Shown piece after piece: positions 1-10,472 of a stretch of DNA of 64,000 nt. Location of the stretch: IMG/VR virus record IMGVR_UViG_3300043446_002688. One strand, given 5' to 3'. The number at the start of each line of letters is the position of its first letter. Within the stretch, counting starts at the first letter, position 1. The stretch comes from a virus. The notes under the pieces were generated by a model, which was not told the origin of the DNA, searched no databases, and saw only the letters and a list, made by a program, of their open reading frames with translations. A program made the translations under genes and the position numbers.

Positions 1-804
1 ACCGCAAACAACTCCGTGTCTGCCAGTTTATATGCCAACGGTGCATTTATACAAGCCAATGCTGCGTTTGGAAGTCAAAATGTAACCGGCACTTATGCCA
101 ATTCAGCATATGCTGCGGCAAACTCAGCTGGTGTATATGCAAACGGTGCGTTCTTAAAGGCCAATGCAGCACAGACTCATGCTCAAGCAGCATTTAATAC
201 TGCAAACACCACTGGTTCAAGTATCATTGAACTAACAAACATTGAAACATATCAGAATACTACAATCAGTAATCTGAATACATATGCACAAGCAGGTTAT
301 GCAACTGCAAACTCAGGCGCTTTGTATGCAAATGGTGCATTTGTACAGGCTAATGCTGCCTTCTTTGTTGCCAATAATGCTTTACCATTATCTGGTGGTA
401 CAATTACAGGTGCGTTGACAGTACAAGGTCAAACCACATTACAAGCAAACACTTATGCAGTACACTTCTTACCTGCAGCAAACGTAACTTATGATTTAGG
501 TTCTCCTACAAGACGATGGAGAAAATTGTGGATTGCTGGTAATACCATTGACTTGGGTGGCGCACAAATTTCCGCAGAAGGTGGTGCAATCTCTCTTGCA
601 AGTGATACTGGTGCATCATTCACAGTATCAGGTACAGCAGGTTCAAGTCTAGGTAACTTTGGTGCAATCGTGGCAAATTCACAGATTGCTTCTACTAACA
701 CCACATCAGGTACAATTGTTGTTGATGGTGGTATTGGTGCAACAGGTAATGTAATTTTAGGTGGTACACTCCGAGCTAATTTGATTTCCGGTGGCATGTT
801 CTAA
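1..804 (+). CDS. 5'-truncated Ala/Asn-rich tail-fibre-like protein (frame open from base 1)
   Basis: Frame is open upstream of the GTG at 16. ANSAY/ANGAF repeats; C-terminal LPAANVTYDLGSPTRRWRKLW motif typical of phage fibre ends. Confidence 0.7.
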   Translation, partial: TANNSVSASLYANGAFIQANAAFGSQNVTGTYANSAYAAANSAGVYANGAFLKANAAQTHAQAAFNTANTTGSSIIELTNIETYQNTTISNLNTYAQAGYATANSGALYANGAFVQANAAFFVANNALPLSGGTITGALTVQGQTTLQANTYAVHFLPAANVTYDLGSPTRRWRKLWIAGNTIDLGGAQISAEGGAISLASDTGASFTVSGTAGSSLGNFGAIVANSQIASTNTTSGTIVVDGGIGATGNVILGGTLRANLISGGMF

Positions 805-837
805 ATATAAGATAATTATTTTAAGAGTAAGGTAACA

Positions 838-3800
838 ATGGCACAAGCCAATTCAACCCCGATTCAGTTATACTATTCAAATACCAGTGGTAATCAACCA
901 TTGGCAAGTACGCTTATTCCCGGTGAATTAGCAATTAACATAATGGATGGAAAGTTATTCTTCCTAGATGGAAATAACTCTGTCAATTTAATTGCCACTC
1001 GTGCTGCAACATCAGGTGAATTCCCTCAAGTAAGATTTACAGGCGACAGTACAATTCAAGTAACTGCTGCTGCGCCTTATGCCTACTCAAACGCATCTTT
1101 CTTAAAAGCAAACTCTGCTTACGCCAGTCAAAATACAACTGGTGTATATGCCAACTCGGCATTTGACCGTGCCAACACAGGAATATCAAATGCAGGTGGT
1201 GCATCCTTATATGCCAACGGAGCATTCACACAGTCCAACGCAGCATTCATTACTGCAAACAACAATACACAAAGTATCACCGCACTGCAAGGTGTAGACT
1301 TAACACAGAATACTAATATCACCAACACTTTGACATTTGCGGGCAAGGCTTTTGACCAAGCAAATACAAATGCGTTGAACATTATTAATATACAAGGTGT
1401 TGATGCAAAACAAAATACAGATATTGCATATGCTAATGCTCATGCTGAAGCTGCGTATGCATATGCAAATACTTTGGCTGGTGGTACCGCATCTGACGGT
1501 GTTGCTAGAACAACTGCAACAGCAGCTTTCATACAAGCAAACTCTGCATATGCAAAGGCAAACGCAGCAGTAGCAAACACATCAACAATTACTGTTGCAG
1601 GTTCATTAACTGTACCTGGTCAAGCAAACGTATTCCAAAGACTTGCTGTTGGTACAGGTTCATACCAAATATTACCTAACCTGATTGCACAATTTACTGG
1701 TACATCAGATTACTATTCACAAGTTAACCAACAGAACCTATCAGATAAAGGTACAAGCGACTTTGTTTTGACTGCTGATAATGGTACCGACAATGTTAAC
1801 TATGCAGACTTTGGTTTTGCTGGTAGCAATTACGATAACACCACACCTAATGCATTTAGTTTCGTAAAACCAAACGATGGTTACATGATGGTTGTTGGCA
1901 ATCCAGGTCAAAACTATGGCGGTAATATATACTTTGGTACAACAGGTTCATCAGCTTATGCAGATATTGTTTTTATTCAAGGTTCTGGTTATGATGAGGT
2001 TGCAAGATTTAAGAACGGTGATAAATTAGAAGTCTATCGTCCTTTGGTTGCAAATAGTTTCACCACAAAAGATGGTGTAAACGTTATCACATACACTAAT
2101 ACAGCCAACACATACTTACAAACTCTTATTTCAGGTAAAGTAAGTAAGTCTGGTGATACAATCAATGGTGTTTTGACCGTAAGTAACACAACAAGTGCAA
2201 ACGCATTGGTTGTTACTGGTAATGTGGTTATTTCTCAAGACTTACGTGTATCCGGTAACTTGTATTTGGGTGGCAATGCAACCACTATCACTTCAAACAA
2301 TCTGACACTAACCGATTCATTAATTTATCTTGCTGATAATAATCCTTCAGACCTTGTTGACATTGGTTTCGTTGGTGCATACAATGATGGCACATACAAA
2401 CACACAGGTTTGGCTCGTGACCATTCAGATGGCAAATGGAAATTATTTAATTCTGTAACAGATGAGCCTACCACGACAATCAATTTTGGCCAAGCAACAT
2501 ATGGTACATTAAAAGTTGGTGGATTAGAATCAAATACCGCAATCATCAAAGGTGTTAACCTATTTGATTACGCAAATACAATACACACACATGCAAATGC
2601 GGCATTCATCAGAGCAAATGCAGTTGTACAATCTGTAACAGTTGTTTCTACGAGCAGACTTGCACAAAGCGCAACAACAGGCAATCTAACAATCGACCTT
2701 GCAACATCAGGTGTAATTGGTGGTACATATAGTTACCCAGAAATTAGTGTTGATGCTTATGGTCGTGTTACTTCTATTGGTAACCAAACACCAGTTACAA
2801 CATTCAACACTAGAAGTGGTGCAGTTACATTATCATCAGCAGATGTTACAACTGCATTAACATTTACACCAGAAAATGCAGCATCAGCGGTAGCCAACTT
2901 GGCACTGATTGCAGGTATAAATGCATCACAAAATACGGATATATCAGGCGCACTTGATGCTGGTTTAACAGGTCAAGTTATTGCCTTGGGTGCATTTGGC
3001 CAAGCAAACTCTGCTGCATCTTATGCCAATTCAGGTTTTACTGCTGCAAACTCAGCGGGTTCATACGCCAATTCATCATTTACTACTGCAAACGCTGCAT
3101 ATACTTTATCGACAGTTGGTATTGCAGATGCGTTATCTGCAAGCACATACGCAAATGCATCATTCGTAAAAGCAAACTCATCATATTCTAGCCAGAATGT
3201 AACTGGTACATATGCCAACTCGGCATACAACCAAGCAAACTCTGCTGCATCATATGCAAATAGTTCTTTTGTTAAGGCCAACTCAGCATACTTTAGTCAG
3301 AACACAACAGGAACATATGCCAACTCAGCATATGATAAGGCTAATGCAGCATTTATATTGGCACAAGGTGCATATGATACTGCCAATGCAGGTGTAACTG
3401 CTGCGTTCGCATTTGAAAAGGCTAATGCTGCTTTCTTAAAGGCAAACTCTGCATATGAATCTCAGAATGTAACTGGCATATATGCAAACAACTCTTACAC
3501 TCAGGCAAATACAGCAACGAATAATGCTGCAAGTGCATCTTTATATGCCAATGCTGCGTTCTTAAAGGCAAATTCAGCCTATGCATCACAGAATGTAACA
3601 GGAACATATGCTAATGCTGCATACTCACAAGCAAACTCTGGTACGATTCTAGCACAGGCAGCATTTGCTTTCGCCAATAACATTGCCATCGGTTCAAACT
3701 TCTTAACAACACTTACATACAAGGTCGATAGTTTTGTTGGTGATGGTACAACTACAAGTTTTGTTTTGGCTGATGCTCCAGTTGGTGCAAATAATATCAG

Positions 3801-4887
3801 CATCAACTACAACGGTGCAACAGTACTAAAGAGTGACTTCACTCTCGTAAACAAGACTGTAACATTCTCTAGCCCACCGGCAAACAATGCTAAGATAGAA
3901 ATTACCACTGCTGTGCCTTTAGTCAATGAGAGTTACTTCAGCAACTCTACCATTTCTATACAGTTTGCAAACGACAATTCAAACTCAGCATACATTCATG
4001 CTAATGCGGCGTTTACTCAGGCAAACTCAACAATTAGTGCAGCTGCAGGTCCATCCTTGTATGCCAACGGTGCCTTCATACAGGCAAATGCGGCATACAC
4101 AAATTCAAATACTGCCAATAGTAATGCGATAACCGCAGGTTCATATGCTAACTCTGCTTTCTCTAGAGCAAACACCGCAGCAAATGATGGTGCAGGTGCA
4201 TCTTTATATGCCAATGGTGCTTTTGTACAGGCTAATGCCGCATACTCAAGTCAAAATACAACAGGCACATATGCCAACTCAGCATACACTCAGGCAAATA
4301 CTGGTGTAACAAATGCTGCGACTGCTGATTCTAAAGCAGTGTCAGCAGGTTCATATGCCAACTCAGCATTTGCTGTGGCAAACTCAGCATCAACATATGC
4401 AAATGGTGCCTTCTTACAGGCCAACTCAGCATATGCAGCAGTTAATGCAATATCAAATTCAATTTCTTCATCAAATGTTATTGCATCTAGTGTCTATGCA
4501 GGCAGTCTATTTGTTTCTGGTTGGACAACACTGACAGAAACAACAGAACTGTTAGCAACAAAAACTGGTGGCACAGGCACAGTTGTTCATAATTTGAATG
4601 AAGGTACAATTTTCTATCATAGTTCTATTGCAGCAAATATGACTGCAAACTTTACAAATGTACCAACAACAAACGAAAGAGTTACATCTGTCGCATTGAT
4701 TCTGGATCAAGGAACATCACCATTCTATGCAAGTGTTGTACAGATTGATGGTGCATCTCAAACAATTAAGTGGTTAAATAACCAAACACCAACATTATAT
4801 CCAAATAAAACACAAATAGAAACACTAACATTGATAAGAGTTGGTAACGCATGGGTCGTTACTGGTCAAATGGCTACTTATGGTTAA
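838..4887 (+). CDS. Long tail-fibre-like virion protein: Mtd_N-like N-terminus, Ala/Asn coiled-coil repeats, gp53-like C-terminal domain
   Basis: N-terminal PGELAINIMDGKLFF motif; many ANSAYxQAN repeats; C-terminal beta-rich domain (FTNVPTT...IKWLNNQTPT). Confidence 0.7.
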   Translation: MAQANSTPIQLYYSNTSGNQPLASTLIPGELAINIMDGKLFFLDGNNSVNLIATRAATSGEFPQVRFTGDSTIQVTAAAPYAYSNASFLKANSAYASQNTTGVYANSAFDRANTGISNAGGASLYANGAFTQSNAAFITANNNTQSITALQGVDLTQNTNITNTLTFAGKAFDQANTNALNIINIQGVDAKQNTDIAYANAHAEAAYAYANTLAGGTASDGVARTTATAAFIQANSAYAKANAAVANTSTITVAGSLTVPGQANVFQRLAVGTGSYQILPNLIAQFTGTSDYYSQVNQQNLSDKGTSDFVLTADNGTDNVNYADFGFAGSNYDNTTPNAFSFVKPNDGYMMVVGNPGQNYGGNIYFGTTGSSAYADIVFIQGSGYDEVARFKNGDKLEVYRPLVANSFTTKDGVNVITYTNTANTYLQTLISGKVSKSGDTINGVLTVSNTTSANALVVTGNVVISQDLRVSGNLYLGGNATTITSNNLTLTDSLIYLADNNPSDLVDIGFVGAYNDGTYKHTGLARDHSDGKWKLFNSVTDEPTTTINFGQATYGTLKVGGLESNTAIIKGVNLFDYANTIHTHANAAFIRANAVVQSVTVVSTSRLAQSATTGNLTIDLATSGVIGGTYSYPEISVDAYGRVTSIGNQTPVTTFNTRSGAVTLSSADVTTALTFTPENAASAVANLALIAGINASQNTDISGALDAGLTGQVIALGAFGQANSAASYANSGFTAANSAGSYANSSFTTANAAYTLSTVGIADALSASTYANASFVKANSSYSSQNVTGTYANSAYNQANSAASYANSSFVKANSAYFSQNTTGTYANSAYDKANAAFILAQGAYDTANAGVTAAFAFEKANAAFLKANSAYESQNVTGIYANNSYTQANTATNNAASASLYANAAFLKANSAYASQNVTGTYANAAYSQANSGTILAQAAFAFANNIAIGSNFLTTLTYKVDSFVGDGTTTSFVLADAPVGANNISINYNGATVLKSDFTLVNKTVTFSSPPANNAKIEITTAVPLVNESYFSNSTISIQFANDNSNSAYIHANAAFTQANSTISAAAGPSLYANGAFIQANAAYTNSNTANSNAITAGSYANSAFSRANTAANDGAGASLYANGAFVQANAAYSSQNTTGTYANSAYTQANTGVTNAATADSKAVSAGSYANSAFAVANSASTYANGAFLQANSAYAAVNAISNSISSSNVIASSVYAGSLFVSGWTTLTETTELLATKTGGTGTVVHNLNEGTIFYHSSIAANMTANFTNVPTTNERVTSVALILDQGTSPFYASVVQIDGASQTIKWLNNQTPTLYPNKTQIETLTLIRVGNAWVVTGQMATYG

Positions 4888-4889
4888 TT

Positions 4890-7730
4890 ATGGAAAGAAT
4901 TAGTTCATTATTTTCTCCAACAATTGTTGCAGCTTCTATACAAAAAGCATTTCAATATCCAGTAGTGGGTGAAGCAATATACACGGGTGTAGGACTAAAC
5001 ACATGGACCTGTCCTGCTGGTGTTTATTCTGTGTCAGTAGTTTGTGTTGCTGGTGGAGGAGGTGGTTTTTACAATGCCCAAAACTCTGCAACCGGTGGCG
5101 GCGGTGGCGCATTAGCTTATAAAAATACTATTTCTGTTGTTCCTGGTGTAACTTATAACTTACAAGTTGGTGAAGGCGGATATACTTCCACAACTGGAAT
5201 ACGCATGTTAGCAACCAATAGCTGGTTTGGAAACACATCAACCGTCTTTGCTGAGAGAGGTCAGTATGGAAGAACCGCAACAGGAGCAACAACTGTTCAA
5301 AGCATAACACAAGGTGGTTTTGGTGGACAAATCTATATTGGTGATGGAGGTGGACCAGGAGGAAACTGCGGATTACCAACAGTAACGGGCGCACTCAATA
5401 ATGGTTTAGGTGGCGGCGGTGCAGGTGGTTATAGTGGTTCAGGTGGATCAGGCGGTTCATCAAACAGCACTGTTGCTTTGAATGGAACTAGCGGAAGTGG
5501 TGGTGGTGGTGGCGGCGGCGCCGGTGCTCTGTCTATTAGTGGTGGTGCCGGTGGCGGTGTGGGTTTATATGGTGAGGGAACTTCTGGAGCTGGTGGTCAA
5601 GCTGGAGTAGCATCTAACAGTCCTCTAAGAGCTGGTCAACCTGGTTCAAATGGTTCACCATTAGTCGCCAACACAGTAGGTACAACAATCTATAACATTG
5701 GTGGTGATTATGGTGGTGGCGGTGGTGCTGGTTACATATATGCTAGCAGAGGTGCAAACGGTGCAATTCGTATCGTATGGCCTGGAGATTTCAGAACTTT
5801 TCCATCACAGAATTTAGAAACACATACAGTTACACAAAACTATCAATATGCAAACTTACAAATGGGTTATGCTGTATCTTTAAAACCAGTATCAATCTCA
5901 GGTAATATTGGACCAGTAACATATACAATATCACCATCCATACCAGCAAATACAAACATAACATTTAATGCAAATACAGGTATACTTTCAGGAAATGCTG
6001 CACTTGGATATCCAGAAACTTCACACATAATTTCAACAGTAGATTCTGTTGGACAATCTTCATCCAATACATTAATAATATCCATTGGTGCACCGTCAGA
6101 CCAAGTTGTTTTTTCTGGTGATCCTGGTGGTATAGCATTCAACACACTACAAACAACATGGACAGTACCAGCAAATGTTTATTCAATCAGTATGATTGCA
6201 GTTGGTTGTGGTGGTAGTACACTAATCGAGGCTAATGGTTATTCTTCACTATCAGGTGCAGGCGGCGGCGCAACAGCATTTGTAAACAATTACAAAGTTA
6301 CACCAGGACAAGTGTTAGATATTTACATTGATAAACCAAAAATTGGTTATAATGTTGTATCAAATGGAACAACTGTCAGTTACAATGGTTCAACAATATG
6401 TAAAGCGAATTCTGGTGGAAATTCTACCGCATATTATACAGGACGAGGTTTTGCAGGAACTTTTGTAACAGGCCAATATGGTTATAATGGTGGAAATGGT
6501 GGTAATGTTGGCAGTGGTTTCTATAAAGGTGGCGGTGGCGGCGCAGCTGGTTATTCAGGCGACGGTGGAGCTGGAGCTCAAGCACTACTAAGTGGTTCTG
6601 GTGGAGCTACAGGTAGTGGTGCTGCTGGTGGAGGTGCGCCATCAAATGATGCTACCGCAACTGGTAAAGGTGGTGGCGGCGGCGGTATTGGATTACAAGG
6701 CCAAGGCGCAACCGGCGGCGGCACCTCATATGTAGCAGGTACGGCAGTTGGTGCACACGGTAGAAATGGATCGTATAGAGGTGATATAGTGCAACTGGTC
6801 AGCACCAACCTTGGTGGTGATTATGGTGGTGGTGCTGGTGGTGGAAACTACAATACATTAAATGCTGGTGGTTATGGTGGTCCAGGTGCAATTCGTATCA
6901 TGTGGCCTGGAACACTTAGAAGATATGATGCAAACACAAGAACTGAAGATACACAACCAGTTGGTCAAGTAGAATTCACCACTTATGGTGCATACACATG
7001 GACATGTCCAGAGGGTGTGTATTCTGTTTCTGCTGTTTGTATTGGTGCTGGTGGCACCGCTGCGGCAAGTCAGTTTGGTATTGTACAGGCATATGCGGGC
7101 GGCGGCGGTGGATTAGGTTATAAAAATAATATTCCTGTTGTTCCAGGACAAACTTATACAATTCAAGTTGGTCGAAGAGGTGAATGGGTTGCAAATAACT
7201 ATGCGTTATTAAGTACAGATTCTTATTTTATTGCAAACACAATTGTTGCTGGTTTGGCACCGAAACCCTCTGCATGGAATGCTGGCGGTTATGTTGGTGA
7301 TGGCGGCGGCAATGGCGGCACAGGCGGCACAGCTAGCCAAGGAGCAACAGGTGGCGGCGGTGCAGGTGGTTACTCAGGTAATGGCGGTAATGGTGGATCT
7401 CCTAGTTCTAGTGCTGGAGGCAACGGTTCAGGTGGCGGTGGCGGCGGTGGTGCTAACTATGGTTCATTATCTGGTGTCAATTATGTTGGTGGCAAAGGCG
7501 GCGGCACAGGAATTTATGGACAAGGAACAAGTGGTACAGGCGGTTCAGGTTTTGTAAGATTATCAACCACATATTATGCAAACAATGGTACTGCTGGTTC
7601 AGGTGGTTCTAATCAATTATATGGCGGCGGTGGCGGTGTATATGCTAGTTATGGTGGCGATGGAGCAGTAAGATTAATATGGCCCGGCGACCAAAGACAG
7701 TTCCCTTCAACAAGAACGGCCAACGAGTAA
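4890..7730 (+). CDS. Glycine-rich virion protein with three repeated TWTxPxGVYSVSxV..GGGG modules and a central Ig-like segment
   Basis: Three modules, each ending in GAIRIxWPG or a close variant. Start moved to ATG 4890, just after the upstream stop at 4887. Confidence 0.65.
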   Translation: MERISSLFSPTIVAASIQKAFQYPVVGEAIYTGVGLNTWTCPAGVYSVSVVCVAGGGGGFYNAQNSATGGGGGALAYKNTISVVPGVTYNLQVGEGGYTSTTGIRMLATNSWFGNTSTVFAERGQYGRTATGATTVQSITQGGFGGQIYIGDGGGPGGNCGLPTVTGALNNGLGGGGAGGYSGSGGSGGSSNSTVALNGTSGSGGGGGGGAGALSISGGAGGGVGLYGEGTSGAGGQAGVASNSPLRAGQPGSNGSPLVANTVGTTIYNIGGDYGGGGGAGYIYASRGANGAIRIVWPGDFRTFPSQNLETHTVTQNYQYANLQMGYAVSLKPVSISGNIGPVTYTISPSIPANTNITFNANTGILSGNAALGYPETSHIISTVDSVGQSSSNTLIISIGAPSDQVVFSGDPGGIAFNTLQTTWTVPANVYSISMIAVGCGGSTLIEANGYSSLSGAGGGATAFVNNYKVTPGQVLDIYIDKPKIGYNVVSNGTTVSYNGSTICKANSGGNSTAYYTGRGFAGTFVTGQYGYNGGNGGNVGSGFYKGGGGGAAGYSGDGGAGAQALLSGSGGATGSGAAGGGAPSNDATATGKGGGGGGIGLQGQGATGGGTSYVAGTAVGAHGRNGSYRGDIVQLVSTNLGGDYGGGAGGGNYNTLNAGGYGGPGAIRIMWPGTLRRYDANTRTEDTQPVGQVEFTTYGAYTWTCPEGVYSVSAVCIGAGGTAAASQFGIVQAYAGGGGGLGYKNNIPVVPGQTYTIQVGRRGEWVANNYALLSTDSYFIANTIVAGLAPKPSAWNAGGYVGDGGGNGGTGGTASQGATGGGGAGGYSGNGGNGGSPSSSAGGNGSGGGGGGGANYGSLSGVNYVGGKGGGTGIYGQGTSGTGGSGFVRLSTTYYANNGTAGSGGSNQLYGGGGGVYASYGGDGAVRLIWPGDQRQFPSTRTANE

Positions 7731-7762
7731 ACTAAATATTAGATAACTATAAGAACATATAA

Positions 7763-10438
7763 ATGTCAATCACCCAATTACAACCGTTTAACTTAGATAG
7801 CACCAAAGACTATTCATTAGCAAACGTTAGTGCTAATAATATTGTTGCGACAGGAAATATTACTTTTTCTGGTGCAAGTGTTTCTTTGGGTGGTGTGGCC
7901 AATCTACACATTACTGGTGGTAGTACAGGTCAATTACTACAAACAGATGGTGCAGGCAATTTAACATTCGTAGATAATCCATCTAGCACATCATCATCAG
8001 CAGGTGTGTATGCGAACGGTGCTTTTGTACAAGCTAATGCAGCATACGCACAAGCAAACACAGCAACCAATAATGCTTCTGGTGCATCGTTATATGCTAA
8101 TGGTGCTTTTATACAGGCAAACTCAGCATACGCATCACAAAATGTAACTGGCACATATGCTAATGCAGCATATACACAAGCAAACACAGCAACCAATAAT
8201 GCTGCAGGTGCTTCTTTATATGCTAACGGTGCATTTATTGCCGCAAATACAAATGCAACCAATATCACTGCGTTGCAAGGTGTAAACCTAACACAGAACA
8301 CAAACATAACTGTTGCAAATACAAATGCAATAGGTGCAGGACTGTATGCCAATGCAGCATTTATACAGGCCAATGCAGCATTTGAATTTGCAAATGCATT
8401 ATCGGGTGGTACCGCAACAGACGGACTGGCAAGAGCAACTGCAACTGCTGCATTGACTGCTGCAAATGCGGCATACAATCAAGCCAATACAGCCACCACA
8501 AATGCCGCAACAGCAGACTCTAAGGCTGTTACTGCTGGTTCTTATGCCAACTCAGCATACACACAGGCAAATACTGCAACAGCATATGCCACTTCAGCAG
8601 GTTCATATGCTAACGCAGCCTTTACTGCTGCGAACAATGCAGGTTCAAGTACAACAGTTGTTGCAGCTTTCTTGCAGGCAAATGCGGCATTCATACAAGC
8701 CAATAGTGCATATGATTTGGCAGGTACAGCAAATATCGTTGCAACAATTGCTGATTCTAAGGCAGTAACATCTGGTTCGTATGCCAACTCGGCATTTATT
8801 CATGCAAATGCAGCGTTTGCCTTTGCAAATACAATTGTAAGTGACACACAAATTGATCCTTTTGCGAGAACCAATTCTAATGCGGCTTTTGATAAGGCAA
8901 ATACAGCAACCAATAATGCCGCTGGTGCTTCGTTATATGCTAATGGTGCCTTTATTCAGGCAAATACAGCAACCACAAATGCATCTGTCGCTGACGGTAA
9001 AGCAGTAACTGCTGGTTCATATGCCAATTCTGCATACACTCAAGCAAATACAGCCACAACCAATGCGTTGGCCGCCAGTTCTTATGCCAACTCAGCGTTC
9101 TTGCAGGCCAACACAGCAACTACTAACGCTGCGACTGCTGACGGTAAGGCAGTAACTGCTGGTTCATATGCCAACTCTGCTTATACTCAGGCCAACACAG
9201 CAACTACTAACGCTGCGACTGCTGACGGTAAAGCAGTAACTGCTGGAAGTTATGCTAACTCAGCATATACACAGGCTAATACTGTTACAACAAATGCATT
9301 GGCAGCCAGTTCATATGCCAATTCAGCATTCTTGCAGGCAAATACAGCAACCACCAATGCAGCAACAGCAGACGGCAAAGCAACTTCTGCCGGTGTATAT
9401 TCCAACGGCGCCTTTATACAAGCCAATACAGCAACCACCAATGCAGCAACAGCAGACGGCAAAGCAACTTCTGCCGGTGTATATGCCAACGGTGCATTTA
9501 TACAATCCAATTCTTCATTCTCAACTGCCAATTCTAAGACATTTGTTTTCTATCAGAATACGGCACCATCTACAGCCAATGTAAGAGACTCGTGGATCAA
9601 TAGTGATACAGGTATAAAGTATGAGAACCTTAGTGGTACAACTCCAGTATGGGTTGAATTAGGACCAACAACAGCAGTTTCAGAATCACCAATTGCACAG
9701 GCAGCATTTGATAAAGCAAACACAGCAATCACCACATCAGGTGGTTCAATTACTGGTACATTAAACGTTGCATACACACCTGCAAGTGCAGTAGGTACAG
9801 CATTAACAGTAAGAGCGGCCAACACAATTGGTGGTACTGGTTACGCCGATGTTTTGAAGTTTACAAACAGTTCTGGTGGAGCAACCAATACAAATAAAAC
9901 TATTCGTATGAATAATTTGGGTGCTTTAGAAATTATTAACAGTGCATACACATCATCGTTGTTATTAATACAAGACAACGGTGATACAACCTTTGGTGGT
10001 AACGTAACAATTAATGGTATCAGTTCAGGTTATTCACCCAATCGTCCAGCATTCCGTGTTGTCGGTGGTGGAACAACTAACATCACTGCAACAAACACAC
10101 TAACAAGCAGTAACTTTACAGTTGACTACAATCAAGGAAGTTACTTAAACACTTCTACTGGTATATTCACTGCACCCGTTGCTGGTCTATATCAAATTGG
10201 TCTTGTTGCAAGATTTTCTGGTTCCGCTAGCATAGCAGCCATTCAAGTACAAAAGACAAGTGGTGGAACCACCACCACACAAGTGTATCTAGAATGGGCA
10301 GGTAATTCAACAGCTTATCACATGGGTGGTGCCGGTATTGCCAAGTTGGCAGTAGGCGATACACTTAAACTGGTTGTTACAAGTGGTACAGTTACTTTTG
10401 ACTCCAATGATAGTTGGTCTGTGGCATACATTGGCTAA
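7763..10438 (+). CDS. Tail-fibre-like protein with 28-residue Ala/Asn repeats and a C-terminal C1q-like head
   Basis: Tandem 84-bp repeats. C-terminal PAFRV...DYNQGSYLNTSTGIFTAPVAGLY...LAVGDTL matches the C1q/TNF-like fold. Confidence 0.7.
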   Translation: MSITQLQPFNLDSTKDYSLANVSANNIVATGNITFSGASVSLGGVANLHITGGSTGQLLQTDGAGNLTFVDNPSSTSSSAGVYANGAFVQANAAYAQANTATNNASGASLYANGAFIQANSAYASQNVTGTYANAAYTQANTATNNAAGASLYANGAFIAANTNATNITALQGVNLTQNTNITVANTNAIGAGLYANAAFIQANAAFEFANALSGGTATDGLARATATAALTAANAAYNQANTATTNAATADSKAVTAGSYANSAYTQANTATAYATSAGSYANAAFTAANNAGSSTTVVAAFLQANAAFIQANSAYDLAGTANIVATIADSKAVTSGSYANSAFIHANAAFAFANTIVSDTQIDPFARTNSNAAFDKANTATNNAAGASLYANGAFIQANTATTNASVADGKAVTAGSYANSAYTQANTATTNALAASSYANSAFLQANTATTNAATADGKAVTAGSYANSAYTQANTATTNAATADGKAVTAGSYANSAYTQANTVTTNALAASSYANSAFLQANTATTNAATADGKATSAGVYSNGAFIQANTATTNAATADGKATSAGVYANGAFIQSNSSFSTANSKTFVFYQNTAPSTANVRDSWINSDTGIKYENLSGTTPVWVELGPTTAVSESPIAQAAFDKANTAITTSGGSITGTLNVAYTPASAVGTALTVRAANTIGGTGYADVLKFTNSSGGATNTNKTIRMNNLGALEIINSAYTSSLLLIQDNGDTTFGGNVTINGISSGYSPNRPAFRVVGGGTTNITATNTLTSSNFTVDYNQGSYLNTSTGIFTAPVAGLYQIGLVARFSGSASIAAIQVQKTSGGTTTTQVYLEWAGNSTAYHMGGAGIAKLAVGDTLKLVVTSGTVTFDSNDSWSVAYIG
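8940..9510 (+). repeat. 84-bp (28-codon) tandem repeats in a fibre gene
   Basis: Near-identical copies begin at 9104 and 9188; a second near-identical pair lies around 9346-9500. Confidence 0.85.
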
Positions 10439-10472
10439 ATAGATAAGAAGAAAATAAAAAGAGTACTCAATA